From: Azolla caroliniana
Taxonomy: Eukaryota; Plantae; Polypodiophyta
Assembly (NCBI GenBank): GCA_043228905.1
Contig: JBHGNT010000006.1
Location: forward strand, 5,828,001 to 5,892,000
DNA length: 64,000 nt
Reading direction: 5' to 3'
Under the pieces are notes generated by a model. The model worked only from the letters and a program-made list of their open reading frames with translations. It was not told the origin of the DNA and did no database searches. This document shows positions 9,871-23,578 of the stretch, one piece after another. Each line of letters starts with the position of its first letter. Position 1 is the first letter of the stretch. A program made the translations under genes and the position numbers.

Positions 9871-11472
9871 TGTCGCGGATATCCGCAGCTTGTAGGTCGG
9901 CTGGGGCAAGACCACTGGGGTTTGGGACAAGGGAGGATGAGCTTGGGTTCTTTTAAAGTGGGCCAGATTGGGCCCTCATGTCCGATCAGACGGAGTCCAT
10001 CTAGCAGTCGGCTCGTCCAGTTCTTCTTCCGACCTGTTTAGTTTGGTTGGCCGAATCGGATTTGACCGACTCGTTTGATCACATCGATATGGTTTCAGTC
10101 GATTGTCGGATACATTGACCTATTCGGACAAGCCCAATTCGACTAATCGTTGCGGCTTAGCCTGGCTCGGGTTTGAACGTTCAGTCTAGGTGGTCGCTTA
10201 GTGTTTTTCAACTTTGTTTGATCAATCGACTCAATCGTTCCCTTTTGTCAATCGGGCGCGATCGTGCACATATACATCCCACCATCCACTTTCCAATCTG
10301 ACGTGATCTATTAGTTAAAAAGTAGAAATTTTTTAGTGACAATAGACGATTATTCCACTAGTAAACAACAAATGACACACATCTGATTAACAACAGAGAC
10401 TGATATAGCTTTGCGTGGAGCCGACTAAATAACAATCAAATCACAACGAATACATGCAAGTGAGCCTCCAGTCAGGGAGCACACAAGCTCGCCACTGCGA
10501 GCGGAGGCCTCGCGGTAGTAATAGAGAACACTCTCACAAGGATACCAAAGTCTGAACACCAAAGCCCTCTCCAACCCCAAAATAGACGAGAGAGTCCAAC
10601 AGTCACCAACCCTCCCCGTTTATAGCTTCACAGGGTGGGGTCATTGTTACAATGCAACCGTTACAACATTCCTTTCTTGATTTCCTCACCTACCCATGAC
10701 TCTCCTCTCCTACGTGTGACTTAAAGTACATAATATTCTCTACTTTTCATGTTGAACTCCCATTTACCTTTCTTAATGTGCATGTGCATAAATCCCCTTT
10801 GCGTGCACAGGTGTGCATATGCCCAATTTTCCCACTTTTAGTAGACTTTCTTGCCGTTGTCAAAAATCTTCACAACAGTGTTGAAACCGCACATTTGAGT
10901 CGTGACGCCGTTGATCAACACCAGTGGTTGGTGAGTGATGCTCGGTGTGGAAGCTCGACGCTCAGCGATCAGAGGACCTGCCAAGCCCCATCATTCAGCG
11001 AGTGGCTTGTTGAACTCTTCTCCAACATTCGACGAACGACTCGTCGAATGATCGCCAATGTTTGACGAGCGACTCATTGAACACTCACCAACATTTGACA
11101 AACGACTCATCGAATGATCACCAACTTTCGACGAGCGACTCATCGAACACTCACCAATGTTTGACAAATGACTCGTTGAACAATCGTTGAACGTTCCACA
11201 AGGCCGAACGTTCGACGAGCTAAGATCAACGAGCCAGAAACCATCGGCCCAAGAGTAGATGATTGACACTGGGTGGGCTGAAGCCGGTTCGACCGTTCGA
11301 TTGATATGCGATTCGGTCAAGAACCAACTTGGACGAATGACGCAAGCCGACACAACCGAAGATCGTCACACCGAGGGCCGTTGGGTGCCCAACTCCCTCA
11401 TTTCCTCAACTCCCTAGCCCAAGACCCCGATGGTTCCGCCCAGCTGACCCGCAAGTGCGAATCTTCGTGACA
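9871..11472 (-). mobile_element. Solo-LTR-like element (1.6 kb) with TGTC...GACA ends and ~75-bp inverted termini
   Basis: tgtcgcggatatccgcagcttgtaggtcggctgggg vs the reverse complement of the right end, tgtcacgaagattcgcacttgcgggtcagctgggcgg. Flanks are GCGT and ACGT (4 bp, 1 mismatch). A minus-strand TATA-like ctataaa lies near 10620 and ~33-bp tandem repeats at 11020-11220. GC content is higher than the flanks. Confidence 0.6.
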
Positions 11473-11744
11473 ACGTGAAATTTAATATTTTTAGTCTCAT
11501 AGGTCATATTTGACATCCGAAGACGATAATAGAATCTATCTATCTATATGTCCTCGGCTCATCACATTCAATTTTGTGCAAGGTTAAATCTATAAATGAG
11601 AGACTTAGAGTGTGGACAGTTGTTGGTTTTCTTTGAGTAATAGATATTTGTAAAATGAGAGAGTCTTCTACATGACCTTCAATTATTGTATATGGTGACA
11701 TAATACTCATTGTTTTGTGTAATTATCCAAAAACTAACATTGAA

Positions 11745-12255
11745 TCATAATGGTCTCTTAGCATAGAACCATTCACAAATATAGTGCCCCTAATTTTGTG
11801 TGTGCTAACCACCTAGTGTTAATGCATAGTTGCATTTGTGGATACTCACCATTTGGCTAACATGCAACATGTTGCAATAGCTATTGTGCGAAATTTCACA
11901 ATATAAGGCAAAATGCTACAATAGTACATTTCATACATGATTATAAAATAAACTTTTGTTGTCCCTACTACACATAAAAATATCACGTCCTTGATCCTCG
12001 TAATGGTCTCTATCATTGGGCCATTCACATATATAGTAGCCCTAGTTTTGTGTGTGCTCACCACCTAGTGTTAATGCACACTCGCCTTCGAGCATACTCA
12101 CCATTTGGCTACCATGCAATATGTTGCAATAGCTATCATACGAAATTTCACAATGATTATAAGACAAAATGTTACAATAGTACATTTCATACATAATTAT
12201 ACAAGAAACTTTTGTTATCCCGACTACACATAAAAATATCATGTCATTTATCCTC
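11745..12255. repeat. Diverged tandem duplication, ~255-bp unit
   Basis: taatggtctc...ccattcac...ttttgtgtgtgct..ccacctagtgttaatgca occurs at about 11748 and 12001. Confidence 0.85.
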
Positions 12256-13406
12256 ATGTTATACAAAAAGAGAGTATAACATTCATTGGGTTCTTTTTGG
12301 CGAATCGGTTTTTTTAAGTTGTAGATCAACGTCCATTATGCTCTCCAATATCACCAAATACCAGTGTCATAACAAAATATCAAAGAAGATCATACCAACA
12401 TTGCTAAGAAAACCTGACAATGGCAATGAGTCTTTGAAACTCAAGGAAGAAGACAGTGTGGGCAAAATGCTTGATTTTGATTTATTTGTTCAATTAGGTT
12501 CATAATATGATGAGAATTAATGTAAAGTAGGAGAGACACCTTTACTGGTAAAGAGGACGTATAAAAGATTACATGGTTTAGGGTTAAATATATTAAATAG
12601 CATGCCCCTTTATAGCACCTAGGTTTTGACTATTAACACTAGAATGGTTTTTTTCCTTTTTACTATGAAAAGGAGAAACACTACAAGTAAAGATAATGTC
12701 TTTGAGAGACTCCCGATTTATGTCAGATCTTGTCCCCACTTTTTCTAGAAGCGACTTTCTTAGTGAAAATGTAGTAATATAGACATATACATATACTGTA
12801 TATATTCTAGGTAACCCTAGATAAGATGACAATTGTTTAGTGAGTATTTATGTCCTTTATTGAATCATAACCTCAACTTTTTTGAATGTATGTATATCTT
12901 ACAAAATGTCGAAGTTATCAAAATGCAAATTTATTGTGACAGTTTGGAATAACTTGTCTTCGCCATGTTCTGAAACGATAAGCTCATAAACTCAAGCCTA
13001 TGCATTCCAACATATTATTAAATGTCGTCATTGATTTTGGAGATAATCTTGCAAAAGCCCAAGAAAACCATGTTTGAAACAAATATAATTAATAGATTTG
13101 GTGCGAAACTATTGTTGTCTACATTTGTAAGACCTACAAAGAGATGAATGACAATATGCTTAATCACAAAATACCAAGGCATAATCTATACAATAACGAT
13201 AGCTCTCACGTTTCGGTGGTATTCAATGAGTAAATTTGGCTATATGATGATAAACCTATACAATTGGGAACATGGGTTTTAATTATGGTTTACATGTCAT
13301 TTTGCAATAGTTATTAAGGATTATTTTTGTAGTCTTTGACAGGTATACTCCAGTATGAACATCTCTAGTGATTGAACTACAATATTTTATTGTGTTGATT
13401 AACAAT

Positions 13407-13786
13407 CAGCAACGGTTCAGTTCATTTTGAGAGTGTCCAAACCAAACCGCTTTTAAATAATAAAAACCGAGCTGAATTGAACCACAAAACCGTTTAAACT
13501 GAACCGTTAGGTAAAAATCGAAATCATTAAACCGCTAAAAGCACAGTTTCGGTTTTCAACTTAGGTCAAATTTAAAAATTAAAAATTTTCATTATTTCAA
13601 ATTTTAATTTTTCAAACATTTGAAGATTTTTCCTAAAATTCGAGAATTAGGCTTTAAAATGAAAAGTTGTTTAGAAAATAAATAAATATTTTTTAAATTA
13701 TTTAAAATCGTTAAACCGAATCAACCCGTTTTAGCCATTAACCCACGGTTTTGTGGTTTGGTTCAGTTCAAACCGAACTGTTGTTG
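13407..13786. mobile_element. hAT-like MITE remnant
   Basis: Imperfect TIR cagcaacggttcagtt / aaccgaactgttgttg, many AAACCG/CGGTTT subterminal motifs and an AT-rich core. No TSD found. Confidence 0.55.
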
Positions 13787-16700
13787 ATGTTTAATTTTAC
13801 ATACTATTGTTTGATGTTTAGGTGTAGTACTATTAGTTGTAAACTTGTAATTAGTATGATGGTAGGGTGATGTCAATATGGACAGGTTTTCCATTGTATA
13901 TTAAGAAAAAGGTTTGATACTATTATGAAGTTATTTATACTACATTTCTTGATGGCATTTGTTTGATTGTTCAAGCCATTAGGCATGATTACAAAAACAA
14001 TGCATTTGGTGAACCCAAATATGTGATTACATTCATAGTGTTTCCCTTACTTTCATGTTTACCTAAGGACTCTATAAATTACCCTTAGGAAATGAAAGGA
14101 CTGGTTATGTCTCCCCGATGTATATTTACATTCATCCATGCCAACAAGAGCATGAGGAACCCATGAATTTAGACCATGTTTTCACACACACATTGAATGT
14201 GGAGAACTTCTACGATGTGTTAAAAATATTTTGTGGTGACCATGATAAGTGTTTGTAAACGCGCTTATTATCTGGACATATATCGTTGAGAATATTTCTA
14301 CAAAATTTGATGCCAAGTGGATATGAAGAATCAGAAGTACATGAGAATTACGGGAAACACTAATATTATCTCTTGTATAAAGGGGGAATACAATACATAC
14401 GAAGTCTCACAACATGACATTACGTACTAAATCATGATACAGTAAAATATATAGCCTTTATAGCTATAACTAAAATAGGGGCACTTTACATCTTGCATAA
14501 CTGTAGAATGGAATACATATTGTTATGATGATAAAACCATGATGTTTGCAACATTAAATTTGTGGGTTCAGCATTGTTTTTGTCATAAAAGCCCACGTCT
14601 AATTAGGTTGAGTCACCAACACTAATTGATTGCTCATAACAATCGTTTTGATAACTCATTTAGGGGAAACGATAGTTTACAACTCTAACAACGATGAATA
14701 ATATGAATGAAATATATGTGACTACATTTACACACGATATTTGTATGGTTGTTACATCCCATGTCTAGAGTCCACGATAAGAAAGAACAAAATGAATCAC
14801 ACCAAAATGAATGAACACCTACATATATTATGACGCAATATATAGGTCGCAAGGCCTATTATGCACCTATTCTTTTTGTATATAATGGAGTCATTACATG
14901 TTAAACCACAATGTGAAACAACGTCTTTGTATGTCAAAAAACAACTCGCGACGTGAACTTATGGTAAATCTTTTAGTATTAACTTTAGGAAACAAAACTA
15001 ATTGGGGCGTGAAAGAGGTTTGTAAAGCCATATTTTTAGAGCATGCCTCTAGTGTGCATGATTTAAAAAACAACAATTGCATATAATTTATAACGAGCTT
15101 GACATCAAACACCTTTGCTATGGTTGCAAAGCACAAACACCTTGAGCGCTGGTGAAGAATTTTGAAGGTGTAACCTTGTGAATCTATAGTTGCCAATTCT
15201 TACTTGGATGAGATATATAGAGCCTCTTGTATCATTATAAAAAGGAGTGACTTTGATCCCATACTTTAGCATGCGATGACTTTGCAAACCTAGATATATT
15301 GGTAAAACTTGTCCTCGTGATTACCAAGTGGACTTAATGTTATTTCTTACATGGCACTAATGTTTTGTTCACAAAATGGATCAACGCAATTGAAAATATC
15401 ACAAAAGAGGCAAGTGATGTAATGAGATATAACGTACTTCAAAATCTTGGTTTCCAAGTTCATAATGTTTGTCACATTGATATAAAAAAAGGAAGACCAT
15501 GCTTGTGCATATTTTAAATAAAATTATAAAACAAGGAGATAAGCTAGATGACCTAAAATATCAAAAGTGAGATTGCATAGAGGCGGATGATATTTGTAAC
15601 ATAGGTACCCCAGAAGGAAATGTGCAAGGATATAATACACATGAAAGAAATAATACGTGGGAAAGGTTAGCACATCCTCGTAACATAAGTAGTCCGAGAA
15701 GACATACAAGGACACATGGAATGAGATAAGAATAAACAACAGAAACGGTCAATAGGTAAGTTGGATATTTGTGTAATGTTACTCTTAAGTACAACACATG
15801 TGTTTCACAGTTTATAACCTTACATATATGATATCACATGCGTTGAAGGCTTAAGATAAATAAGAATTGTCAGTCACATTTCCATGCATTAAATGTGTCC
15901 TTTCTTTAATGTGTGAATAACCCTTTTGGATGATGCCATTTGGTATCTAAAAGAAGGTCGTTATGGATTTAAAACACTTTTTTGTTGAACTCACGTATTA
16001 TTCCTATATATTTGTGAGAGGTGAGACATCATTTGCTAGCATACATGTGAAAGTATTGCATTTATACATCATTTACAATACTTTGGAGATGCCTGTCCAT
16101 TTTATATAGTATTATAATTTTTAGAAAAAACATGATGGTGCAATATCAAAACTTGTGCTTTGATAATAGGTTGAATTGCTCACATCGACTTTTTGGGAGC
16201 CTTTACATGCCCCCTACATTAGTACTTATTTTTCTAAGAAAAAGATACTACCTTAGTTTTACAAAAATGCCCTAAGGTTGCACATGAAATACGTACATAA
16301 AGGTAATTACCCTCTTTTTTTTACCAATGTTAAGTTCTAACCGTTGGTTAAATAGATGCTTCGGTATAGAGTAGAACCACTCCACCTTGTCAAAAAACGC
16401 CTATAAAATATACATTTGTCCAATATGGCATAAAACTCCAAACTTCAAAGAACCCTACTAGTGTCATCCTTTATGCTATCCAAATAACCTCTCAGATTAT
16501 GCACAATCTTAGTCCAAATCTTGGTTATTGTCTCAGTAGGGCCTTTCTATCATATTTTGGAAATATCTTCAAGGACACTGCCTTCCAAATATACCAAATC
16601 ATAATACTACTTACAAATTGCCATATTTCAAAATTTCCAATCACTATTTGTGGATTTTGGGGTATATTTGTTTTTTGTATAAAAGCATGTCTAAGAGAAA

Positions 16701-17641
16701 TAACACTTGCAACATCCCCTTGCATGATTACTTACACGTTGTGGACTCAAAACAATATCCAAATTTTACTTTCAAATTATATAAATATGACTGGTAAAGG
16801 ATATAAAAATTACCACGATTGTGGGTTCATGGATAGAGCAAGGTACTTGATGTTGTCTTTTTCATGTATAAAAAAATATTCATAATCTTAGGTCAAGATC
16901 ATGCAACATTGATCGTTAGTCACCATTTTTTACTGTTTGCCATCTTCTTCAAAACTTACTAAAGTAAAATTAGGCTTGAAGTCATGCACATTAGCAATTT
17001 GCTCATAAATAATGGTTCTATAAATTTGTTTTCCACAACCTCCGATTAAAAAGAATGACATTGGATATAGAACAAGAAATAGAAAAAAGATAACATTACA
17101 AAGAGAATTGATCGAGAACTACGTCATGCACGCGTCGCCTTTGTAAATCGAGCCAAATAATTAAGAGAGGATGTATATGTCCAAGGATATCATCAATTAA
17201 ACATAACGAATTGAGATTATTCATAGAAACTTTGCCTTTGCAAATCGAGACAATTTAGTTTGGCTTTGTGCATGATAACAAATTTGCTTCTTAGTAAATG
17301 ACCCACAAAAAAATTGGCTAGGAATCAAAATATGATGTGAAAACCAAAGGATAATGTATTGATGAGGATCAATTGAGTAGTCCATTCACAATTCCTCTTT
17401 GCAAGTTGTGCCATTTAAATTAAAGGACATGGTACATGGCCAAGGTAAGGTTCGAGTAAGGAACATCTTATATTCCCTTCGAAGCAATAAAATGCCCAAT
17501 AACCAAAATTGAGATTGTCAATATAGAAACGTTGGCCTTGGAGCATGTTTAAAAAAAAATGTAAATGACAAACTCAATGTGGAACCTACAATTAACAAAG
17601 ATTGTTAAGCAAGTGAGACTTCTTTATTTGTACGGTGTACC

Positions 17642-17945
17642 CTATTTGATTCTTCAATTGTTATTGATGTTTACTTCTGTTTAGCATACTAATCTAATGT
17701 AATGATTTCCTTTACCCAATTGAGTTAATCCATTTATTTTCTTTATTCACAATCTATTTGATTCTTGAATTGTTATTGATGTTTACATTTATAGCTGAAT
17801 GATCTACTCGAACGATTTCCTTTACCCAACTAAGTTAATGAATTGATTTTCTTTATTCGCACTCTATTTTGAATCTTCAATTGTTATTGGTGTTTGCTTT
17901 TGTTTAGTGGGCTGATCTATTGCAATGATTTTCTTGACCCGATTA
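17642..17945. repeat. Tandem repeat, ~111-bp unit x~2.7
   Basis: ctatttgattcttcaattgttattgatgtttac recurs at about 17642, 17754 and 17864. Confidence 0.8.
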
Positions 17946-18302
17946 AGGGAGAATAACAACAATTCTCCAACGGTGAGGTTGCCAACACGGAGGCGACATA
18001 GATACATAATTATTGGTGCAAATTGCAATGCGATTGGTAATATAAGTTAGATCCACGCAAATTAAGGTGTTAAAGAAATGGTGATTTTTTAGGTGGATTG
18101 TTGGGATCATTGACTTGCGCAGGGTATGAAATAATTGTCTATTCATAAAAAGTCGATGTCTTCCTCAACCTAGAAACCAAACCCATGAAGCCGAAAACTT
18201 CATGCACTTTGCCAACAATTAGTAACTTCGAGTAACTTTTGACATTGTCAATGTTACAAGAGATATGGTAGGATCTCTTGATCAAGAGAGGGAGAGTGAG
18301 AG

Positions 18303-18493
18303 ATGTAGCTTAGTTGGTAAGGTTGCCCAATGGAGACCAGGAGGTCATGGGTTCAAAGTTAAACCATACATTCCACGTTGGCATCTAGTGAATTAAGAGA
18401 TATGTATGAAATATATAATAGAGAGGTGAGAGAAATTGGGTTTCGAACCCAAGACGTAGAGACAACTTACCAATAGGGTAAGCTAATTACGAT
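18303..18493. mobile_element. Short dispersed repeat with two convergent tRNA-like (A/B-box) halves; SINE-like
   Basis: TAGCTTAGTTGG (18306) and GGTTCAAA (18350) on +, and GGGTTCGAAACCC on - (18438-18450). Homologues at 33080-33255, 33413-33582 (inverted) and 39914-40018 (partial). Confidence 0.55.
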
Positions 18494-18911
18494 AAAGAGA
18501 GAGAGGACAACCAAGTCATTTGGAAGGTTGGGCTTCCTAATAACCCCCACATGTGTGGAACCATCCATGTCCAATCCTTCTCTCTCTCTCTCTTTCTCTC
18601 TTGCGGTTTCACACACAGACACACACACGCACAATGTTTACCTCTCTCTCTCTCTAGCTGTTTCACATACACACACACACATTCTCTCTCTTTCTGTTTC
18701 ACACAATCACACACATACCACACCACACCACACACACACACACATTCTCTCTCTCTCTCTCTCTATCTCTCTCTTTCTCATTTCTCACTCTAATGCTTTT
18801 CCATCGAGTAGGATGGGGGGGGGGCTTCTTTCACCAAAGACTGACTAAGCTCTTTCTGTTGGGTTCCTTTCACAAATTTAATGCTCTGGTGTTTATTCTC
18901 TCTCTTCCCCT

Positions 18912-18949
<38 letters not shown>

Positions 18950-19268
18950 TCTTTCTTAGCTTCTCTTCACTTTTCATTCTTATATAGCTTTAATTCCCCC
19001 ACCCACCTGCCATTTCCTCTGTTTCTCCTCCCCTGTCTCTTCTTTCCACCCAGTAGTGATTCAGCTGAAACAATATATCTTAAAGTCAAACAAATAACAA
19101 AACAGAGGAGCTCGTCATCATCATTATCATCATCATCAGTAGCAAACAGAATAAAAGAAGAAGAAGAAGAAGAAGAAGAAGAAGAAGAGGGATAAGGAAG
19201 AGAAAAGGGAAAATGACTTTGTTCATGAATTTTCACTTCAGGGGTGGAATTGGGTTATAGATATTATC

Positions 19269-22200
19269 ATGCTGGAAGGCATGGCTAGAAGACCAACATC
19301 ACTAGTTCATGAATTAAAAAAGGAGTCCATTTTAGAACTAAAAGCCCATTGCAACTCTTCTCCTTCACCATCTTCACTACCATCATCATATTACAAGAGT
19401 TCACATTGCCGATCGAGAAGGTATTGAATTCCTTTCGCCAATTCTTGCAATTTTGGTAGAAAATGCGCTATGGGTTATGGCCTTAACGTAAGGTTTCACG
19501 AGGAACTTTTATGCTCCACCATAAAGTCTCAAAAAATTAAACCTTCAAACGTTTCTCAATTTGTTTTAGTTAGCATAAATTATCTGCACTTTGAATCCTT
19601 AATGTCATTTTCTTTATAAATAATGTGATGGATTCAGTAGTTTGGACTTACATTTGAAGTCCAAGGCAATTAAGATTTCACATGGAACATGTTTTGCATT
19701 CAATAATGAAGCTTCAAAAGCTTGAATGTGAACCCCTCAAAGATTTCATAATTACTGTCAAGTATATGTACATATTACTGATATTTTATGTGTAATTCTT
19801 TTGAATTTAGCTGATTTTCATTTTGCAAACAGTTCAAACAAAATTTAGGCTTCATTAGCAGCCCACAATTGGTTTTCAAATTGGAGCACTTTATGATAAG
19901 ATGTATGCTACTCTGTGCTGTTTATGAGCATATGAATAACCTTAAGGAATCGGTAGATTTATTGTATTTATATTCTAAGTGCTTAATATATATATATATA
20001 TTAGTAGCATTTCCTCTTAGTCTTTGGTAAACATTGTTCGAAAAGACTAGTTTGAAATGTTATATATACAAATACTTTTGTGAGTTTTTTTTCTTTTTGA
20101 TTTTCTATGTGCACATAACATATGCAATCATCTTCTTTTATTTTCTTTCTTGCATGGAATTCTATTACAATCTTATTTTACTACAGTGCTCCAGAGAATG
20201 CCTATGATTTGGAGAGCAGGGATAAAATATCACTGAGTAACTTCCAACATATGCAGGTTAATAATTTCAGCTCAAAAGGTTTACTTCTTGTTAGTGAATT
20301 CTTCACGGAAAGCTTTATATCCTAACTCATTGACATGAATCATCACTATATTTCATTTTTAGTCCTTGGTTCAAGTATTGTCACAAAATGATGAGGATGG
20401 ACGAGAGAGGCGACACTCTTTGCATAATCGAAGGGCTGCTCTGGAACAAAATGTAAGCAGTTCTTTTCTCTTCTTATTTGTTTATTCTGGGATTTTTGCT
20501 CTTAAGTCTAAATTTTCGCTTGAGGTGTGAATTCTTGCATCATGTTATATTTTTTTATGTTGTGTGCTTAGGTAGAAGAGCTTCAAAAACAGCTCAAGAA
20601 CCAACAAGCTGTGAGGCATGCCCTTGAAACAGCTATGGGCCAATCATCAGAGGCAATATCGACGGTTCATCAGTACCTTACACCACAAGTAAGTAACAAA
20701 AGAACATGCATTTTCAAGTTCAAGACATGGTGCATATTAAAGCAAAGTATATAATTGTTCTTATTATTGATACTTGCTTTTTGAACTGGTTTTGTACGTA
20801 AAGGCCCAAGAGATTTTGTATGAGATAAGCATCCTTGAGGAGGAAGTGGGAGAGCTTGAGCAGCAAGTGCTGTCTGTTTACCGCGACATTTTCACTCGGT
20901 GCTTTTCTCACTCGTTATCTAATGTTGGGCAAAAGAATGGAGCTCAAACTGAGCTCATGATCTATGATGAAGTTCAGAATATGCAACATCAAAAACCTCA
21001 ATTAGAGCACATCAAATTACAAAATGTACCTGGCACTAATATTCGCAACGATTCTTTGGTGCCAATCCACCCACAATTAGGTGATGCGAGTAGTAAATCC
21101 AATGAAGCAATGAGCTTGGGCAATCTTCCTCACTCTCAGAACCTTGTGCACTACAAGGTAGTATATCTTCACAAAAGAGTTTTCGTAAGAATAAAGTGTC
21201 TTGTCTCAAGTAGACTTGTATATATGATGCTTGTCCTTGTAGACCATCCCGAAGATCAGCACTGGTGGCTCTCTGAATGAAGATGGGCCAAGATCCTTGA
21301 GAGACTATCTATCCGCAACACCGAACAAGTTGTCAGAAGAGTTGATCCGTTGCATGGTAACTATCTATTGCAAGCTTTCAGATCCTGCACCGACGAATCT
21401 TCCAGTGCCAGACTCTCCATCTTCATCAACATCATCATCAACGAGTTTGTCTTCGATACATGGCATTCTTAGTGATGGATGGTCTCCTGGACACAAAGCC
21501 GAACATTCATATGATGAATTGTTGATCGACCCATTTCAAGTAAAAGGTAAAAGTGGAGTACCTAGGGCTTATAGCTGCATGGTAGAAGTTCCGTGGATCT
21601 GTGTGGATAAAGAGAGGTTAAGTCATGCTGCGCGCCTGCTACGTGAGTTCAGGTAATCAGTCAGACAATATGTAGACTCAACAATAGTTATCTGAGAATA
21701 TTCCTATATCCATGCAATACAAGGGAAGTGAGAGCCAAGATGTTATGAGCATACTACACTATTAGGAGTTAATTAAGGCTTGAGAGATGCACATGGGTAC
21801 CCTTTCAATAGTCAGAAAGGGTAAGACTATGTCTATACTATAGCCATCCAAAGATTACAGAGGTTGTGCCTAGCAAAGGCCGTCCAACAGCTAAAGAGCA
21901 TACTCTAACTTCAATAACTCCTAATAGTGTAATAATAATAAACTCACTATAAGTAATAGGTTTGGCATAATGGTTCTGACCCTTTCAGGTTAAGCCATAG
22001 CCATAGGTCAGGTACACTCAACTCCAGACCCTGCCCTTAGTTGTTGCCATTAATGGCGACTGACCTCTCCATTAAGAGAAAGAATACAAGGAAAGTGGTA
22101 ACTAAGATGTGCATATCTTGTTCAGGTCAATGGTTGAGCAGCTAGAGAAGGTCGATCCTAGTAAACTCAAGCATGATGAGAAGTTAGCATTTTGGATCAA

Positions 22201-23578
22201 CATCTACAACGCCCTTCTCATGCATGTAATGAAACATTGAGCAGAATTGTTGTAATAATGATATGAAGCTAGTGTGAAGTTTTTTATATACGCTGCAAAA
22301 GAGTTCAATGTTTTGATTCTTCGATTTGTCAGGCATATCTGGCCTATGGAATACCTCGTAACCAGCTGAAACGCATGACTCTGCTTCAACGAGTAAGAAA
22401 CTGAAGCTAATTTTTCCTCTTTCGTACTCTCAAATTTGGTGGGGATGAAGAGTGCTGTTTGTCACTCAAAGCGTCCTTTTGTATTTGCATAGGAATGTAC
22501 ATGTAGTCTTATGTTCAGGAATGCATCTTGTTATATGCATAGGAATGAAAGTCATGTGTGCAGGAATGCATGTGATATTTGTATGTTATTGTTTTATCAT
22601 ATTGAATTGTTTTCATCGTTCTCTCTATACATCATGCCGACATATGTTTATCATGAAGGCTGCATATAGAATTGGAGGGCGCTCTATAAATGCTTATACG
22701 ATCGAGCACTCCATTTTGGGATTTCGATCGCATCGTCCAACTCAGGTAGACATTACATGATGCATAGATATACAAACATACATATGCGCTAAATACTAGA
22801 CATAATGAAATACTGGCAACGCATATGATCTATGGAGTTCACACATTCCATCTTTATTTTTTGTGAAGTGGATGCAAAGTTTGTTACTATCGGGGTCCAA
22901 GCTCAAATCTGGTGACGAACGGAGATCGTATGCGATTAAAAATTCAGAACCTCTTGTTTGCTTTGCATTATGCTGCGGCGGGTGGTCAGATCCTGCGGTA
23001 TGCTGTCAAGAGTTTTTGATACTTCATTTTGATAAATCAAACTTCGCACACATAGTGGAAATGTCATCGTATTAAATACTATCTCGGTCACAAGTTTTTG
23101 CTAGTTTTTGGTAATTGAGTTTTCTGTTGTGGACATGGTGGAAAATGATCATATAACCATAGATTATGTCAAGAAAAAAGAAAAAAGAAAGCTGATCTTC
23201 CTTTCATTGGTTTATGTGGCATCCATACTTTTTGAGCAGGTCAGAGTGTACACATCAAAGAACGTGAATGAAGAACTAGATGCTGCAAGATCTGAATACT
23301 TACAAGCCAGCATTGGATTCCGCAATGATAAGAAGGTACTTCTACCGAAGATCTTGGAGTGGTATGCAAGAGAAGCATCGATTTCATCAAGTGCTCTTCT
23401 AGAATGGTTATCTCATCACATAGATGAGAAAGAGAAGGATATCTTGCTCAAATGCATCCGATCAAGGCCGAACAAGAATGCATCTCATTGCATAGAGTGG
23501 CAGCCCTACAACTTTAACTTCAGATACATGTTTCATCCTAAGGCTCAACGCATCGCCCCTTGCTGGTTAACCATCTAA
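19269..23578 (+). CDS. Leucine-zipper (Lzipper-MIP1) + DUF547 domain protein, ~11 exons
   Basis: Exons approximately 19269-19420, 20187-20256, 20363-20452, 20572-20688, 20804-21157, 21243-21652, 22126-22225, 22333-22392, 22659-22745, 22869-22997 and 23240-23578, with GT-AG borders. Family motifs: EISILEEEVGELEQQVLSVYR, TPNKLSEELIRCM, EKLAFWINIYNALLMH, EPLVCFALCCGGWSDPAVRVYT, IEWQPYNFNFRY. Confidence 0.92.
21755..21931. mobile_element. Intronic MITE-like hairpin element
   Basis: Perfect 17-bp inverted repeat tacactattaggagtta / taactcctaatagtgta, extending imperfectly to ~35 bp. Reads TA-CACTA...TAGTG-TA. Confidence 0.6.

Noticed and set aside
12300-17600. Short ORFs in AT-rich intergenic DNA (also 40100-41900 and 60800-64000)
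   Set aside because: No recognisable domains or splice-consistent structure; probably old TE debris that I cannot classify.
18303-18365. tRNA gene
   Set aside because: A- and B-box-like motifs are present, but there is no acceptor stem or cloverleaf, and it belongs to a dispersed diverged repeat.
18487-19236. ORFs over the (CT)n, (CA)n and (GAA)n tracts
   Set aside because: Microsatellite-rich promoter/5' UTR of the DUF547 gene; the translations are low-complexity.
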